From an uncultured Nitrospira sp. (GTDB lineage: Bacteria; Nitrospirota; Nitrospiria; Nitrospirales; Nitrospiraceae), in the NCBI GenBank assembly GCA_964552455.1, contig CAZKHY010000001.1, positions 1 to 46,108 of the forward strand: a DNA stretch of 46,108 nt. The letters run 5' to 3'. Position numbers and translations under genes: made by a program. The notes under the pieces were generated by a model. The model ran no database searches and was not told where the DNA came from. It worked only from the letters and a program-made list of their open reading frames with translations. This document shows, one piece after another, positions 45,007 to 46,108 of this stretch (the first letter of the stretch is position 1; each line of letters starts with the position of its first letter).

Positions 45007-46092
45007 CTAGTGACGGCTGACCCGATAGAACAAGACGATCCCCACGGTCAGGAACGCCACGTTGGGCAGCCAGGCGCCGGCAAAGGGAGGCAGAACCAGA
45101 GTGGTCACGAAAAACTCGCAGAGGACGTTCAGCACGTAATAGACGATCACGATCATGACCCCCACCGCGAATCCGCCGACGCGGCCCGACCGCTTGGACA
45201 CGATGCCCACCGGAATGCCGATCATGCCGAAGATGAGCGAGGCGGTGGGGAAAGCCAGGTCCTTGTAGTATTCCATCAGCCGTCGCAAGGAGGCGGTGTC
45301 CTGCCAGTTCGTTTGGTTGAGCCGTTCGAGCACGGATTCCCGCGAGGGCCGCTCCTCAGCCGACGCGTAGAGACTCTGGTGGAGGCTGACCTTCAGGTCA
45401 TAGGTGGAGAAGGACACCTGGTGGTACTGCACCAGGTCATGGGGCTTGCTGTGGATCGTCCCGTTGATGAGGCGGATGCCCACCTGGTTGCTGCCGGCCT
45501 CGTTCAGCAACTGATAGCTGCTGGCGACGATGATCTTGGCCTCAGCCGGGTTGCGTTCATCCGCAATGAAGATGCTTCTGGCGTCCCCTCCGGCCTGGCT
45601 GTCGGAGACGTACATGACCATCTTGGGCACCGGCTCGTTGAACACGCCTTTGTCGAGCGCCAGCGTGAGCTGGTCGCGCAGGAGGTTCAAGGCCAGCTTT
45701 TTCAGGGAGACGCTGGTCCAGGGCTGGCCCCATTGCGAGAGGAGCAGGGTGAGGCTGAACACCAGGCAGGAAAAGATCAGCACCGGCCGGGAGAGGCGCA
45801 GGAGGCCGAGGCCGGCCGCACGCATGGCGACCAGCTCTTTATCGTAGGAGAGACGGCTGAAAGCCGTGATCGACGCAATGATGCCGGCAATCGGGAGGGT
45901 CAGAACCAGAAAGGAAGGAAGGAGGTGCAAGAAGACCTTGAGGACGGCGAGGAAGCCCACCCCCTTGGAGACCAGCAGCTCCACCAGCCGAAGCAATTCC
46001 TTGGTCAGCATGACGAAGCAGAGCGCCACGAGGCTGATGGTGAAGGGAGGGAGGAGTTCCGTGAAAATGTACCGATCCAGAATTTTGTTCAA
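45007..46092 (-). CDS. lptF: LPS export ABC permease LptF
   Basis: YjgP/YjgQ family (ILDRYIFTELLPPF). It is the first gene of the lptFG pair. Confidence 0.8.
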   Translation of the reverse strand: MNKILDRYIFTELLPPFTISLVALCFVMLTKELLRLVELLVSKGVGFLAVLKVFLHLLPSFLVLTLPIAGIIASITAFSRLSYDKELVAMRAAGLGLLRLSRPVLIFSCLVFSLTLLLSQWGQPWTSVSLKKLALNLLRDQLTLALDKGVFNEPVPKMVMYVSDSQAGGDARSIFIADERNPAEAKIIVASSYQLLNEAGSNQVGIRLINGTIHSKPHDLVQYHQVSFSTYDLKVSLHQSLYASAEERPSRESVLERLNQTNWQDTASLRRLMEYYKDLAFPTASLIFGMIGIPVGIVSKRSGRVGGFAVGVMIVIVYYVLNVLCEFFVTTLVLPPFAGAWLPNVAFLTVGIVLFYRVSRH

Positions 46093-46108
46093 GCCCGCCT
46101 CACAATCC

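Overview
This is a high-GC (~62%) chromosomal segment from a Gram-negative bacterium (lpxD, lptFG and a TonB-dependent receptor are present). All product names come from motif and family recognition by eye; no searches were run. Layout: (1) 1-1.7 kb holds a low-GC (~42%) frameshifted AbiTii-like gene, a 5' relic of purL, and a MntA/HepT (type VII) toxin-antitoxin pair placed directly against the start of purL. (2) purL and purF follow. (3) 5.6-13.3 kb holds miscellaneous genes: a redoxin, an MBL-like protein, a TPR protein, an aldo/keto reductase, a methyltransferase, a DCC oxidoreductase, a SemiSWEET and orphan genes. (4) 13.5-29.7 kb is a B12 salvage and late-assembly cluster under two paralogous cobalamin riboswitches: btuFCD, btuB, cbiA, cobO, a CWC protein, bluB, a pduO-type adenosyltransferase, cobQ, cobU, cobT, cobS, cbiB, cobD and cbiZ. 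(5) 30.2-39.7 kb is a Pil-Chp-like chemosensory cluster with no CheB or CheR. It is headed by a periplasmic c-type haem DUF3365 protein and carries three CheW-like genes, an extra receiver/coiled-coil protein and an Hpt-like protein. (6) Next comes a 557-bp lower-GC gap with palindromes and DnaA-box-like nonamers, then yacG. (7) The minus strand carries lptF-lptG-KAS II-ACP (with a basic tail)-lpxD. The signal that ordinary annotation does not explain is a family of short tandem-repeat hairpin elements. Their arms are runs of heptamers, or octamers in two cases, followed by the complementary run. At least 11 copies occur. They fill stop-to-start spacers exactly, sit in the variable loop of both riboswitches, and lie in frame inside cbiA, cobQ, cobS and cobU. 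purL carries a separate in-frame 12-bp GC hairpin. No rRNA, tRNA, CRISPR array, transposase or integrase was recognised.
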